The position numbers and the translations under genes are program-made. DNA of 29,129 nucleotides from an uncultured Nitrososphaerota archaeon (GTDB taxonomy: Archaea > Asgardarchaeota > Njordarchaeia > Njordarchaeales > Panguiarchaeaceae), in assembly GCA_964636085.1 (NCBI GenBank), contig CAZWPQ010000018.1:1-29129 (forward strand). The letters run 5' to 3'. Positions 9,195-19,058 of the stretch are shown here, one piece after another. Each line of letters opens with the position of its first letter. The first letter of the stretch is position 1. A model generated the notes under the pieces. It saw only the letters and a program-made list of their open reading frames with translations. It had not been told where the DNA came from and searched no databases.

Positions 9195-9275
9195 TATTAG
9201 CGTATTCCCATCACAACTTTCTCTTCTTTTAAATGAATTTTAATTTATTCTCTATTAAGCTGTTGGTGTTCTAGG

Positions 9276-9443
9276 ATGCCGATCTGTACCATGTGTGGGA
9301 AAAAGAAACCGACATTGGCGTCTGGTTGGGTACAATGCCCTGGATGTAACTCTTGGTATTGTCCAGATTGTTTTAAGAAATTAAAGGTTAAACCTGGACT
9401 TAAAAATAAGAAGATTTGTATTAGGTGTCGTAGGACTTTTTAG
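9276..9443 (+). CDS. 55-aa Cys8 zinc-finger microprotein (PHD/RING/FYVE-like)
   Basis: Manual translation MPICTMCGKKKPTLASGWVQCPGCNSWYCPDCFKKLKVKPGLKNKKICIRCRRTF*; four CxxC pairs; GGTG upstream of ATG. Not in the ORF track. Confidence 0.8.
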   Translation: MPICTMCGKKKPTLASGWVQCPGCNSWYCPDCFKKLKVKPGLKNKKICIRCRRTF

Positions 9444-9471
9444 TTGCCTATTTTTCTGTCCTATCATTTTT

Positions 9472-11208
9472 GTGATCAATGTGAACAGTATATGCAAATT
9501 CTGTGGTAGAAGGACTACAGATAAAGACATATGCGATATCTGTAGAGAACTCCTATGTGAATTATGTGGAAAGAGACTATCTAGAGGATATTGCTCAATA
9601 TGTGGAAGACTTGTATGTGATATTGATAGCCAACAAGTTGGTTTTGCTAGAGTGTGTAGAGAATGTATAGATAAGGATCCGAAATTAGTTGATTATTCCT
9701 ACTTTAGGGATATATTCCGGAAAAAGGCTAGGCTTGAAGGCGATCATGTAAGTTTTAGGAAAGTTCTCGAGATAGATAGGGATGACGCCTTTGGCGGGGA
9801 GTTCATTTATGTTCACATAGGTCTGGATGACTTTGATTCTCCCTTTGGTATGTGCACTACTTATGCTGGTGCTATATTGGCAAATATGCTCGATAATATG
9901 GAGATAGAATTCATGGATTACCCGCTACTTGTTAGACTAAATCCAAACGTTCCATTTAAGACTAGAGGAAACGCATCTATTGGGTTAAGGCTAAGGGTAG
10001 AATCAGAGAGACTTAATAGCCTAAAAGAACTCGTGTTGAAATCGCTAGAACGTATGTCTCATAGCTTCTTTGGCAAGACAAGGACCAGCATAGTGTTCTA
10101 CATTACAGAGAAATATGCTATTGATTCTTCCATCACCAAAACATATCGGGATGCCCTTCGAAGCATTGTTTCTCTTAGCGGTATTGTAGATAGAGTGGGA
10201 AAAATAAGGTATGGACATCTCGAGGTTTATTCTGCAGATAAATCTATTCCTAGAGGAATGATTGGGGCTCTGGGCGCAATTGGCTGTGTATTGGAGGACT
10301 ATACGTATGAATTAATTGCATACAGAACCCCTGATAAAATTGGATGCCCTAGAGAAATAAATGTTAACAGTGTCGTTTCCATGGATAAGAAATATTGGCC
10401 AAGAATATTTGACAGTGTAGAGGGAGATCGCCTACTTATATCGCCTACAGGGCCAGATCCAGTGCTATTTGGGATTAGAGGAGATTTTCCAGACCTATTG
10501 CTTGACGCATTTAAAATGATAAAACATGAGGACATATCATTATGGTGCATCTTCAGAACCAATCAAGCTACTGCTGCTCACATAAAGCCAATAAAAAATG
10601 TGAATGCTATTAGACCCTATGAGACCATTCTGATTAAGACGAAAATTTTGGAGGTGAAGAGGATCAAAGATAAAGTTCTGGTGAAATCTACAGCTGATGG
10701 GAAAATTGTCGAATCATACATATATAGGTTGCAGAGAAAATTGCAACACCACGCACTAGAGCTCAGATATGGGGACGAGATATCATTGGTGCTTGCAGTA
10801 ACCCATTGGTTCCCAGACAAAATAGTGGGTAATGTAGAGGAATTCATACCTCTAAAGATCTCGGAAAGAATCATCTATAGGAACCCCCCATGTCCAATAT
10901 GTAGCGCAAGAATGAAGAAAAAAAGCAAAGAAGAGCTATATTGCAGAAGATGTGGTTTAAGAATCAGAAGCACATACAAAGTAGCTATAAGCATTAGAGA
11001 TCGATACATAAAAACCAAGCATAGATACGTCTCACCACCCAGAGCTCATCGACACCTAACCCTCCCAAATGAAAGATTTATATTTAGAAAACAAAAACTC
11101 CTAGGTACAATTAAGCCGTATCTAATCCGACCCTTCAATGGAAGGCAAAAGCCTGTCAACTCTAGGGCTAGTTATATAAGGACTATTACACAGCCACGCA
11201 TCGTCTAG
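9472..11208 (+). CDS. tiaS: tRNA(Ile2) 2-agmatinylcytidine synthetase TiaS with an extra N-terminal Cys-rich domain
   Basis: IGLDDFDSPFGMCTTY, RLNPNVPFKTRGN, TYELIAYR, PDPVLFGIRG, FRTNQAT, zinc ribbon CPIC...CRRC and RHLTLP. Confidence 0.92.
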   Translation: MINVNSICKFCGRRTTDKDICDICRELLCELCGKRLSRGYCSICGRLVCDIDSQQVGFARVCRECIDKDPKLVDYSYFRDIFRKKARLEGDHVSFRKVLEIDRDDAFGGEFIYVHIGLDDFDSPFGMCTTYAGAILANMLDNMEIEFMDYPLLVRLNPNVPFKTRGNASIGLRLRVESERLNSLKELVLKSLERMSHSFFGKTRTSIVFYITEKYAIDSSITKTYRDALRSIVSLSGIVDRVGKIRYGHLEVYSADKSIPRGMIGALGAIGCVLEDYTYELIAYRTPDKIGCPREINVNSVVSMDKKYWPRIFDSVEGDRLLISPTGPDPVLFGIRGDFPDLLLDAFKMIKHEDISLWCIFRTNQATAAHIKPIKNVNAIRPYETILIKTKILEVKRIKDKVLVKSTADGKIVESYIYRLQRKLQHHALELRYGDEISLVLAVTHWFPDKIVGNVEEFIPLKISERIIYRNPPCPICSARMKKKSKEELYCRRCGLRIRSTYKVAISIRDRYIKTKHRYVSPPRAHRHLTLPNERFIFRKQKLLGTIKPYLIRPFNGRQKPVNSRASYIRTITQPRIV

Positions 11209-11292
11209 CAACTTTATTATAGCACATATTTAATCTTAGATTCCGAATATAATGCTTTTTATCAACCTACTTCCACAGACCGCTCTTATATC

Positions 11293-11646
11293 ATGGTGAT
11301 GATTTTGCGGAGGAGAAGGCGTAGATGGAGATGGATGCTTCCAGAGTTTGATACCTCAGTATCAATACTTAATGCCCTGGTTGGTATTCGTTGGCTAATA
11401 CTAAGGGTTATAGGGGATAAAGAAATGACGACAAGCAATATATTAAGCCAAATCATCCAACAGTATGGCCTAGCGATACCAAGATCACTACTCTATTATC
11501 ATCTAAGCGAGTTAGAGCGAATGAACATAATAGAGATGACAGGATACAAGGAGACGGGAAAAGGGGGTGCCCCCGAGAAAACATGGAAACTCAAGATCAA
11601 GAAAATAATAATTGATATAGTCTCGGGAAAAATATTAACAGAATAA
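11293..11646 (+). CDS. ArsR-like winged helix-turn-helix transcriptional regulator
   Basis: RWLILRVI...RSLLYYHLSELERMNIIE...GGAPEKTWKL wHTH pattern. Confidence 0.8.
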   Translation: MVMILRRRRRRWRWMLPEFDTSVSILNALVGIRWLILRVIGDKEMTTSNILSQIIQQYGLAIPRSLLYYHLSELERMNIIEMTGYKETGKGGAPEKTWKLKIKKIIIDIVSGKILTE

Positions 11647-11657
11647 AAATCAGAAAA

Positions 11658-13130
11658 CTAGCCCTTCCAAACAGCGATTGGGGATGCGTGAAATACCTTC
11701 TTAGCTATACCTGCTACATGTGCACTCTCAACAACTTCGTGAAGATTCTTATATGCTTGGGGCGTCTCCTCGGCAACAACCGACATACTAACAGCCTTCA
11801 CCATAATTCCCTTCTTAGCGAGCCACTCCACTACTTGTCTCCCCCAGAATCTTTTCTTAGCAGCCGTTCTAGACATCTGTCTGCCAGCACCATGGACGGT
11901 TGAACCAAATACTTCCTTCATTGCTGTATCTGTCCCAACCAATACATACGATCCCTGTAGCATATTCCCACCCACCAAAATTGGTTGGCCAACATCTCTA
12001 TAGTCCTGTGGGATTTCTTCCCTCCCTGGGGCAAAACCTCTAGTAGCCCCCTTCCTATGCACAACTACCCTAACTCTTGTACCGTCCACAGTATGTTCCT
12101 CGACTTTGGCGATATTATGTGCAACATCATACAACAAGTCCAACTTAATATCGCTACCAAACACCTTCCAAAAGGCCTCTCTAACCCAGTGCATTATCAT
12201 ATGTCGATTAGCAAAGGCAAAGTTTGCCCCGCATTTCATTGCTGCAAAATATCTTTCGGCCTCTGCACTCTTAAACGGTGCGCATGCCAATTGTTTATCT
12301 CTTAGTTTTATATTATATTTCTGTGCCGCGCGAACCATAACATCGATGTAATCGGACGCTATCTGATGACCTAAACCTCTAGAACCAGTATGAATCATAA
12401 CGACTATTTGTCCCTCCTGTTTAACCCCCATCCTCTTTGCTATTTTCTCATCAAATATCTGATCCACCACCTCCACCTCCATATAGTGATTTCCAGCGCC
12501 CAAAGAACCCAATTGAGGCGCGCCCCTCTCCTTTGCTCTCCTAGAAACAAAAGCAGGATTTGCACCCTCCAACCGCCCATTATCCTCGATATGTTCCAAG
12601 TCCTTCTTGGAGCCATACCCCTGCTCAACGGCCCAGTACGCCCCATCTACGAGTACATCCTCTAGTTCCGATATAGTTAAGCGTATCTTCCCGCCCCTTC
12701 CCACACCAGCAGGGACATTCTTTGCTACTTCCTCAAGAAGTTGCTTCAGTTTGGGCTTCACATCGTCAATCGTTAAGTCGGTTACAAGCATACGTACGCC
12801 ACAGTTTATATCAAATCCCACACCACCAGGGGATATTATTCCCGTCTCAACATCAAATGCTGCAACGCCCCCTATGGGAAATCCATATCCAGTATGTGCA
12901 TCGGGGAGGGCAATAGCCCATTTAACAATACCGGGTAGCGTAGTTAGGTTTATTAGTTGCTGTATCGCTTGGTTCTCCATATCATTCAACAATTTCTTCG
13001 ACATATAGAGTCTAGCTGGTGTTTGCATGTATGGTCTGAAATTTTTGGGTATTTCCCATACATTTGGCCTTACTTGTTTTATGCTTCTCATAAGATCCGA
13101 CATTCTGAAGTCTACTGATGTCCAAGCCAT
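11658..13130 (-). CDS. rtcB: tRNA-splicing ligase RtcB
   Basis: LPDAHTGYGFPIGG, GVGFDINCG, GSLGAGNHY, HTGSRG, HNIAK, HRKGATR, HGAGR and EETPQAYK. Confidence 0.97.
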   Translation of the reverse strand: MAWTSVDFRMSDLMRSIKQVRPNVWEIPKNFRPYMQTPARLYMSKKLLNDMENQAIQQLINLTTLPGIVKWAIALPDAHTGYGFPIGGVAAFDVETGIISPGGVGFDINCGVRMLVTDLTIDDVKPKLKQLLEEVAKNVPAGVGRGGKIRLTISELEDVLVDGAYWAVEQGYGSKKDLEHIEDNGRLEGANPAFVSRRAKERGAPQLGSLGAGNHYMEVEVVDQIFDEKIAKRMGVKQEGQIVVMIHTGSRGLGHQIASDYIDVMVRAAQKYNIKLRDKQLACAPFKSAEAERYFAAMKCGANFAFANRHMIMHWVREAFWKVFGSDIKLDLLYDVAHNIAKVEEHTVDGTRVRVVVHRKGATRGFAPGREEIPQDYRDVGQPILVGGNMLQGSYVLVGTDTAMKEVFGSTVHGAGRQMSRTAAKKRFWGRQVVEWLAKKGIMVKAVSMSVVAEETPQAYKNLHEVVESAHVAGIAKKVFHASPIAVWKG

Positions 13131-13218
13131 TAGTCCACACCATTATAAACCTAAAAAATTTGGTGGTATTTAATTCTTTAAATTTCTATTCCCCTTAAAA
13201 TGTGTATGAAAATGAGGG

Positions 13219-14631
13219 CTAGAATGGATGAAGATTAGTGTTTTTTCTTATTTCTCTTAGCTCCTCCAGACCGATAATGTATATCTCTTTTTGTTTTGCA
13301 TATTGCTCTGCTTTCTGCTCTATATCCCCCCTCATGAAGAAAATCATTACTGCGTCGGGATATTCTGATCTATATTTTTCAATCTGCATTAATTTTCGCT
13401 TGGTTAATAATTCTCCTGAGTAACATTCACCTATGATCGTATTCCCTTTTGTATCGACTGCAAAAACATCTATTTGACCCATTCTTGTTTTTTGTATTGC
13501 TACCTTTAAGAAAGGTCCTAGAAGAAGTTCTCTGCCCAGACTGTCAATTATCCTCACTCTTTGATTTAGTGCTCCTAGTGTCTCTCTAACAAATGCCTCA
13601 AAACTTAGTGACGCTATTTCAAGGATTGTTTTTATTTTTCCTGTAAAGGATGGATTATAATTATATAGGATCCATGCTGAGAAAGTCCTGTCTTTTGTTG
13701 TATAGAAAACATTTTTCTTCGAAATAACGACCTTAGCGACTAGATCCATGTTTAGTAATTCGGATAGAGCCTGAGGCACCCCATTTTCACTTATGAGGTT
13801 AACCAGTTCTTCAAATTTTTTCCTTCCCATACCAAGATGCATCATTATTGCTCTTTGAATAGGATTAAGATCCTCATAAAGAGAGCTGAAATACTCTGCT
13901 AATGTTCCAGAAGAGAACTCGACCTCAAGTGCTCTGGCTAGATTGCCATAGAGAAGATAAGCCCTTGTGAGTGCCTCAATGTAGTAGGGTACGAAATCCC
14001 CCCAGATGATTATGTCCTCTTTTATATGTCCTGGTATTTCTTTATTAATATCTCTTGCGACTTCATCTACAAGTTCTAGCGCATGTTTCCTTTCAAAAGG
14101 ATCCAACACTAAAACATAGTCGAAGGTTCTACCAAAAATTCGAGCCTTTCTAACTATCTTTCTTAAGTCGACCAAACTACTGGCAGTGACTATAAATGAG
14201 GCCTTAGAATCCATAATATGGCCTCTAAATACAGCTGCAAAATTGGTTATGTTTCCGAAATCTTTTTTCCTTCCTAGCGTCTGAAAGAGGTTAGTAAATT
14301 CGTCGAGAACAACAACTCCAATATTGTGACTTTCTATCAATTGAAAAAACTCATCGAAGGCCTCCTTATTATTTAATCTATCACTTACTCTACATCCCAG
14401 CTCCACTTCAAGTAGGCGAAGTAGATCCCTACCATTCACAACACCCAAGCAGTTTATATATATGGACTTCATGCCTTGTGCCTCGAGAAGTTCTAATGCT
14501 TTAAGTACAAGGACGGACTTACCGACGCCTCTTCTTCCCTTGACTAAAACCTTCTTTCCGCTTCTTGCATAATTGATGAGGGCTTTTAATTCATTATCCC
14601 TATCTACAAAATAGCGAAGAATAGGCCTCAT
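13219..14631 (-). CDS. Archaeal AAA-type ATPase with wHTH and degenerate C-terminal PD-(D/E)xK-like (DUF234-like) domain
   Basis: FVDRDNEL, Walker A GRRGVGKS, Walker B VVVLDEF, C-terminal IDVFAV...IGECY. Confidence 0.85.
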   Translation of the reverse strand: MRPILRYFVDRDNELKALINYARSGKKVLVKGRRGVGKSVLVLKALELLEAQGMKSIYINCLGVVNGRDLLRLLEVELGCRVSDRLNNKEAFDEFFQLIESHNIGVVVLDEFTNLFQTLGRKKDFGNITNFAAVFRGHIMDSKASFIVTASSLVDLRKIVRKARIFGRTFDYVLVLDPFERKHALELVDEVARDINKEIPGHIKEDIIIWGDFVPYYIEALTRAYLLYGNLARALEVEFSSGTLAEYFSSLYEDLNPIQRAIMMHLGMGRKKFEELVNLISENGVPQALSELLNMDLVAKVVISKKNVFYTTKDRTFSAWILYNYNPSFTGKIKTILEIASLSFEAFVRETLGALNQRVRIIDSLGRELLLGPFLKVAIQKTRMGQIDVFAVDTKGNTIIGECYSGELLTKRKLMQIEKYRSEYPDAVMIFFMRGDIEQKAEQYAKQKEIYIIGLEELREIRKNTNLHPF

Positions 14632-14662
14632 CTTTTTTTACACCAAAATATAATATTACTCT

Positions 14663-14686
14663 ATAACTTATAAAAACATAAGTTAT
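14663..14686. promoter_or_regulatory. Perfect 9-bp inverted repeat overlapping the TATA box of the ATPase gene (putative operator)
   Basis: ATAACTTAT-aaaaac-ATAAGTTAT; minus strand contains TTTTTATA about 40 nt upstream of ATG 14631. Confidence 0.5.
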
Positions 14687-14751
14687 GAAATTATTAGTTA
14701 TGGATTCATCATCTGCGATCGTATCAGCTACCAATTCTTCAGAGTTCCTTG

Positions 14752-16086
14752 CTAATCTACTATTTTATCCAGTACCTTCAAAATCCTAAACAGATCCTCA
14801 CCTAAAATTACTATCATTGGTTCCTTGCCTATATCTCCCTTGTGATAGATTACATCTGGTACTTTTCCCACTCTCTCTATGGCAACCTTAGTTCCCCAAG
14901 GTATCGTCATTCCCTCTTTGTCCTTGATTTCCCCTGGCTCTTCGGTTCTATCGTAGAACGATATGGTTAGTCCAAGTTCGGATAGCTTCTTCAGAAAGTC
15001 TTCACTATACTTAATGTTGACTGCCGCCCTTATTTTTTTGTTATATTGTCTCGCCGTCATTATATATGATGCCAGATGTTTTGATGCTCCAAATTCCGGA
15101 CATCCACAGGCTTGCGCTCTATTATTCATCCTCCTGATCCTACCAGGTATCGCTGCGACATCGTGTTTGTCTAGAGCAAATTTGTTGGCTAAGGCAATAT
15201 TCATACCTACCTCCGGCACCAGTATCGAGTACTTTTCGTTCGAATCTATTGTTTTTAGAGCATGTTTTATTTCCTCTATTACTTCATACTTATTCGCTTG
15301 CCTAAATAGCCAAGCCATATGATTTACAGGTCCATTTCCATGGCCGAGATCTATCCCGTACATTATCGCTAAGTATGTAAACTTTTTAGCAAGTTCAACA
15401 GCCTCAGGGATACTCTTCCTCTTAGCGATTTCCGCCGTGATAGCCGCAGAGTATGTACAGCCTGTTCCATGGGTGTTTTTAGTTAGAATTCTAGGCGCCT
15501 TGAAATGCCAATACTTGCCATTGTAATAAAGCACATCTATAGGCTCTTCGCTGGATAAATGGCCACCCTTCACAACAGCAGCATTGCAACCAAGTTCCTC
15601 CACAATATATGCTGCTGCTTTTTCCATATCATCAATAGTACTAATTTTTCTACCTGTTATCACCTCCGCCTCTGGAATATTAGGCGTTACTATGTGGGCT
15701 ATTGGTATTAATTTGCCTACCAGTACATCTCTAGCATCACTACCCATCAAAGATGCCCCAGATTTGGCAACCATAACTGGATCAACAACAAGAGGTAATC
15801 CATAATCTAGAGCCTCTTCAGCTACAGTTCTAACTATGGCTCCTGTATGTAACATTCCAGTTTTTGCAGCATCAACACCTATATCCTCGATAACGGCTCT
15901 TATTTGGCTTCTAATCATTTCTATGCTTACATCCTCGATTCCATACACACCAACAGTATTCTGTGCAGTAACAGAAGTAATAACAGCCATCCCCCAAACG
16001 CCTAACGATGAAAATGTTTTTATATCAGCGATTATTCCTGCACCGCCACCAGTATCTAGCCCAGCGATTGTCAAGGCCTTATACAT
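14752..16086 (-). CDS. thiDN: Bifunctional HMP/HMP-P kinase ThiD fused to thiamine-phosphate synthase ThiN
   Basis: TIAGLDTGGGAGIIAD, KTGML, VVDPVM, HGTGCTYSAA, then LVPEVGMN, FGASKH and GKEPM (ThiN). Confidence 0.95.
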   Translation of the reverse strand: MYKALTIAGLDTGGGAGIIADIKTFSSLGVWGMAVITSVTAQNTVGVYGIEDVSIEMIRSQIRAVIEDIGVDAAKTGMLHTGAIVRTVAEEALDYGLPLVVDPVMVAKSGASLMGSDARDVLVGKLIPIAHIVTPNIPEAEVITGRKISTIDDMEKAAAYIVEELGCNAAVVKGGHLSSEEPIDVLYYNGKYWHFKAPRILTKNTHGTGCTYSAAITAEIAKRKSIPEAVELAKKFTYLAIMYGIDLGHGNGPVNHMAWLFRQANKYEVIEEIKHALKTIDSNEKYSILVPEVGMNIALANKFALDKHDVAAIPGRIRRMNNRAQACGCPEFGASKHLASYIMTARQYNKKIRAAVNIKYSEDFLKKLSELGLTISFYDRTEEPGEIKDKEGMTIPWGTKVAIERVGKVPDVIYHKGDIGKEPMIVILGEDLFRILKVLDKIVD

Positions 16087-16156
16087 ATCTCTCCCCAGCC
16101 AGTGGATATATACTCATATAAACAGTAATTAAGATAAAATAATCATTGCTTTACTG

Positions 16157-17392
16157 GTGAATTTTGTGGACATGCGATGGAAAATTCCTAAGGTAAGGGT
16201 AAAGAAAAAAATATTGAGCAATTCCCTTAGGGTAGTATACAATATAAGGAAACTGCTAACTGTGACATTTCGAATATTAAGCAAGCATGGATATAGAAAT
16301 GAGACATTCCCCGAGTCAGTACACTTGTTGGAGCATATGCTGTTTAAGCCAGAGGAGAGAGTATTTCCAGTATTTCAAAAAATTGGTGGGGATATCAACG
16401 GCTTTGTTTCCATGGATGAATTCAGCATCCATTGGAATGTACCAAGTTTTTTCCAAGAGAATGCTGTAGAGGTAGTAGATAGAATTCTAAATGAAAATAA
16501 GAGATACTGGACAGAAAATATGCTGGAAAGGGAAAAATTTGTCATTGTCAGAGAAATCGGCGAGGCATATAGCGATCCAAAATCCTATCTCAACATCTTT
16601 CTTAGAAAAAAGCTCTTTGGGGAAGACGCACCAGGCACACATGATCCCGAAGTTATAGAGAATGCATTTAAAAAAGTTACACTAGACGATATCAAACACG
16701 AAGTCGATTATTTATCACCAGATAACTCAGTTCTCTCGATAGTAGGCAAATTGGATGAAAAAGTCATAAACAAACTGGAGCACTGGTCAGGAAAAAAACC
16801 AAAAATAAAGTCATTAAAACCACAGCCCGAATATGGAGTACACGTAGATGATAGGGATATTCCAGAAAGTTTTCTTGGCATCGCCTGGATAAGTGCGCCA
16901 CGCTCCACAGTAGAGGCGGAGGTACTAGGTTTGCTGGGGGCGGTTCTTACAGCGTTTCCAACCAGCCGCCTATATAGGGAGCTGAGGGTCAAGAGAGGAC
17001 TCGTATATTTTGTATCAGCAGTAAATATATCATTCGTTGATACGGGATTCTTTGTTATTAATACTGCCACAAAACCAAAAAAAGTGGACGAGGTCATCAA
17101 TATAATTAAGGATGAAATAGCACGAATCATCGATGATGGCATCAGCGAGAATGAGGTAGACGATATGAAAAACCTATTCTTTGGCGCTCTCTATAATCTC
17201 ACAGACTCGAAAATAGCTCTTTCTAGCGTCCTAGCATATAACGAATTATTCTATAATGATTCCTTAAAACTATATCGCGTTACAGCGGAGAGAGTTAAAA
17301 ACTTGAGGCTAGAAGATGTCGAAAGAGTCGCAAGAAAATATCTAGAGCCAAACAAGTCAGTAACCTGTATTGTGGGTAAAAGACAGAGATAA
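16157..17392 (+). CDS. M16 family (pitrilysin/MPP-like) zinc metallopeptidase
   Basis: Inverted zincin HLLEH, downstream EREKFVIVRE, and SRLYRELRVKRGLVY. Confidence 0.9.
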   Translation: MNFVDMRWKIPKVRVKKKILSNSLRVVYNIRKLLTVTFRILSKHGYRNETFPESVHLLEHMLFKPEERVFPVFQKIGGDINGFVSMDEFSIHWNVPSFFQENAVEVVDRILNENKRYWTENMLEREKFVIVREIGEAYSDPKSYLNIFLRKKLFGEDAPGTHDPEVIENAFKKVTLDDIKHEVDYLSPDNSVLSIVGKLDEKVINKLEHWSGKKPKIKSLKPQPEYGVHVDDRDIPESFLGIAWISAPRSTVEAEVLGLLGAVLTAFPTSRLYRELRVKRGLVYFVSAVNISFVDTGFFVINTATKPKKVDEVINIIKDEIARIIDDGISENEVDDMKNLFFGALYNLTDSKIALSSVLAYNELFYNDSLKLYRVTAERVKNLRLEDVERVARKYLEPNKSVTCIVGKRQR

Positions 17393-17423
17393 CTACCTAT
17401 CCAAATATATGCGTGGCCTCACA

Positions 17424-18245
17424 ATGCCCTTCACTAGTTTATTAATAGTGTTAATTATATCCATAATTTCCAGTTTTTTAGGCCCTATACTGGGTATAGG
17501 CGGCGGATCAATATTTATTCCACTATTGGACATTTTCACAGATATGGACTTTAAAGAGATAATAGCAATAAGTGCTGCAACTATACCAGCGACAGCATTA
17601 AGGAGCAACTCAAGGTATCTTAAAGAGAAAATCACTAACATCAGATTGGGTATTGTGACACTCCCATTCGTGATTGCGGGTGCTTTCTTGGGCGCCTTAA
17701 CAATGCTTAATGCTCCAGAGGCTTATCTGAGGGTTATATTCGGAGGGTTACTTTTCTATGTATCTTATAGAGTAACAAAGAAAAAATGTTTCAAAGCCAA
17801 CAGATATGTTGCGGATCCTAAATGCATATTTACCGATACATACTTTGATGAGGGAGAGAAAATGCAGATATCGTACACACCAAAGAACTTGAAAAAGGGC
17901 ATACCATTGATGTTTATTGGGGGATTTGCATCTGGCCTCCTTGGAATAGGAGGCGGAATCATATATACACCTGTATTTCTACTAGTTTTTAATGCGCCAC
18001 CGAAGGTGGCTATTACATTAAGCATGTTCCTCATATATTTCGGGACTTCAACAAGCGCAATTATTTTTCTCACAGAGCAATTATTTGACCCTATCATTGT
18101 TGCTGTAGCAATAATGGGTAGCCTAACTGGCTCCACATTTGGATCAAAGGTCGCCCTGAAGCTAAAGAATGAGACCCTTAGAAAAATTTTCGGATTATTC
18201 TTGGGGATAACTGGAGCTAGAATGATACTAACCGCGTTTCTATAG
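17424..18245 (+). CDS. TauE/SafE (TSUP) family sulfite/sulfur-compound exporter
   Basis: Duplicated GIGGG motifs (LGIGGGSIFIP, LLGIGGGIIYTP) and about 8 hydrophobic segments. Alternative starts 17370 and 17409. Confidence 0.9.
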   Translation: MPFTSLLIVLIISIISSFLGPILGIGGGSIFIPLLDIFTDMDFKEIIAISAATIPATALRSNSRYLKEKITNIRLGIVTLPFVIAGAFLGALTMLNAPEAYLRVIFGGLLFYVSYRVTKKKCFKANRYVADPKCIFTDTYFDEGEKMQISYTPKNLKKGIPLMFIGGFASGLLGIGGGIIYTPVFLLVFNAPPKVAITLSMFLIYFGTSTSAIIFLTEQLFDPIIVAVAIMGSLTGSTFGSKVALKLKNETLRKIFGLFLGITGARMILTAFL

Positions 18246-18370
18246 CGAGACCTACCGGGAAAGCATTGATCCTCAGAAAATGACCAAAACCCTTTTATTA
18301 TTATTTCTTTTGCAAAGATGGATAAATAACCACCCCGCGAATAATGTACTAATGCAAGCGGTGTGCTATT

Positions 18371-18982
18371 ATGAAAGAATCTATCAAACACTCGCTATAT
18401 GGGGCATCCTTTATTGTTTCTCTATGCTTCCTCGAAGCAATAGCGGTAGCTGAAACTACGAGAACAATCCCGAGACATATGGCAGTAAGATGGCTCTTGG
18501 ATTTCCTCCCAGAATTCAACACATCTATCCTAATAATTCCAATGTTGATTTTCCTAGCATTATCCCTTATACCGATAAAACCCGAGAAAACTAGCTGGAT
18601 CTACATATGGATGTTCTCCAACCTCATAACCTTTGTACTCTTAGCATCCGCAACAAGACATTTCGAGTACGGACACTATGGTCCCGTGTGGATAATACTT
18701 GTAATCCCAGCAATAGGACTGATATTGTGGGTAGATAATGATGCCTATACATATGGGTTATTCATATCCGCAGTAGTCTGGGATTTGCTTGCCGCAATAA
18801 GAGGGCCACTTGTTGGATGGTATGACATACCCGAACCATACGCACCCAAAGTACCATTCTATATCTCCATTACAATAGACGCTACCCTCATAATAATTCT
18901 CTCCATACTATGGAAAAAGAGATTCAGCATCAATAACCTAATAAAGAACATAATTAACATTCCTACCGAACAATCTCAATAA
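18371..18982 (+). CDS. Hypothetical integral membrane protein
   Basis: 203-aa ORF with about 6 hydrophobic segments; GGTG upstream of ATG. Confidence 0.7.
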   Translation: MKESIKHSLYGASFIVSLCFLEAIAVAETTRTIPRHMAVRWLLDFLPEFNTSILIIPMLIFLALSLIPIKPEKTSWIYIWMFSNLITFVLLASATRHFEYGHYGPVWIILVIPAIGLILWVDNDAYTYGLFISAVVWDLLAAIRGPLVGWYDIPEPYAPKVPFYISITIDATLIIILSILWKKRFSINNLIKNIINIPTEQSQ

Positions 18983-19031
18983 AACCAAAGGCAGGAATTC
19001 GGAAAATAGAAAACGGGCATCATCTGCACAT

Positions 19032-19058
19032 GGGTACGTCCCCATCGGGACGATACCC
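19032..19058. other. GC-rich intergenic hairpin
   Basis: GGGTA-CGTCCC-catc-GGGACG-a-TACCC: 11-bp stem with one bulge. Confidence 0.5.

Noticed and set aside
14663-14686. Xer dif or loxP-like recombination site
   Set aside because: The 6-bp spacer is suggestive, but the arms are 9 bp, overlap a TATA box, and no recombinase is nearby; an operator is the simpler reading.
16086-16157. TPP riboswitch upstream of thiDN
   Set aside because: The gap is only about 70 nt and lacks the CUGAGA core.
19032-19058. SECIS element for the in-frame TGA at 19307
   Set aside because: No GAA/A internal loop or AUGA/GA quartet, and the TGA context is not a recognisable redox motif.
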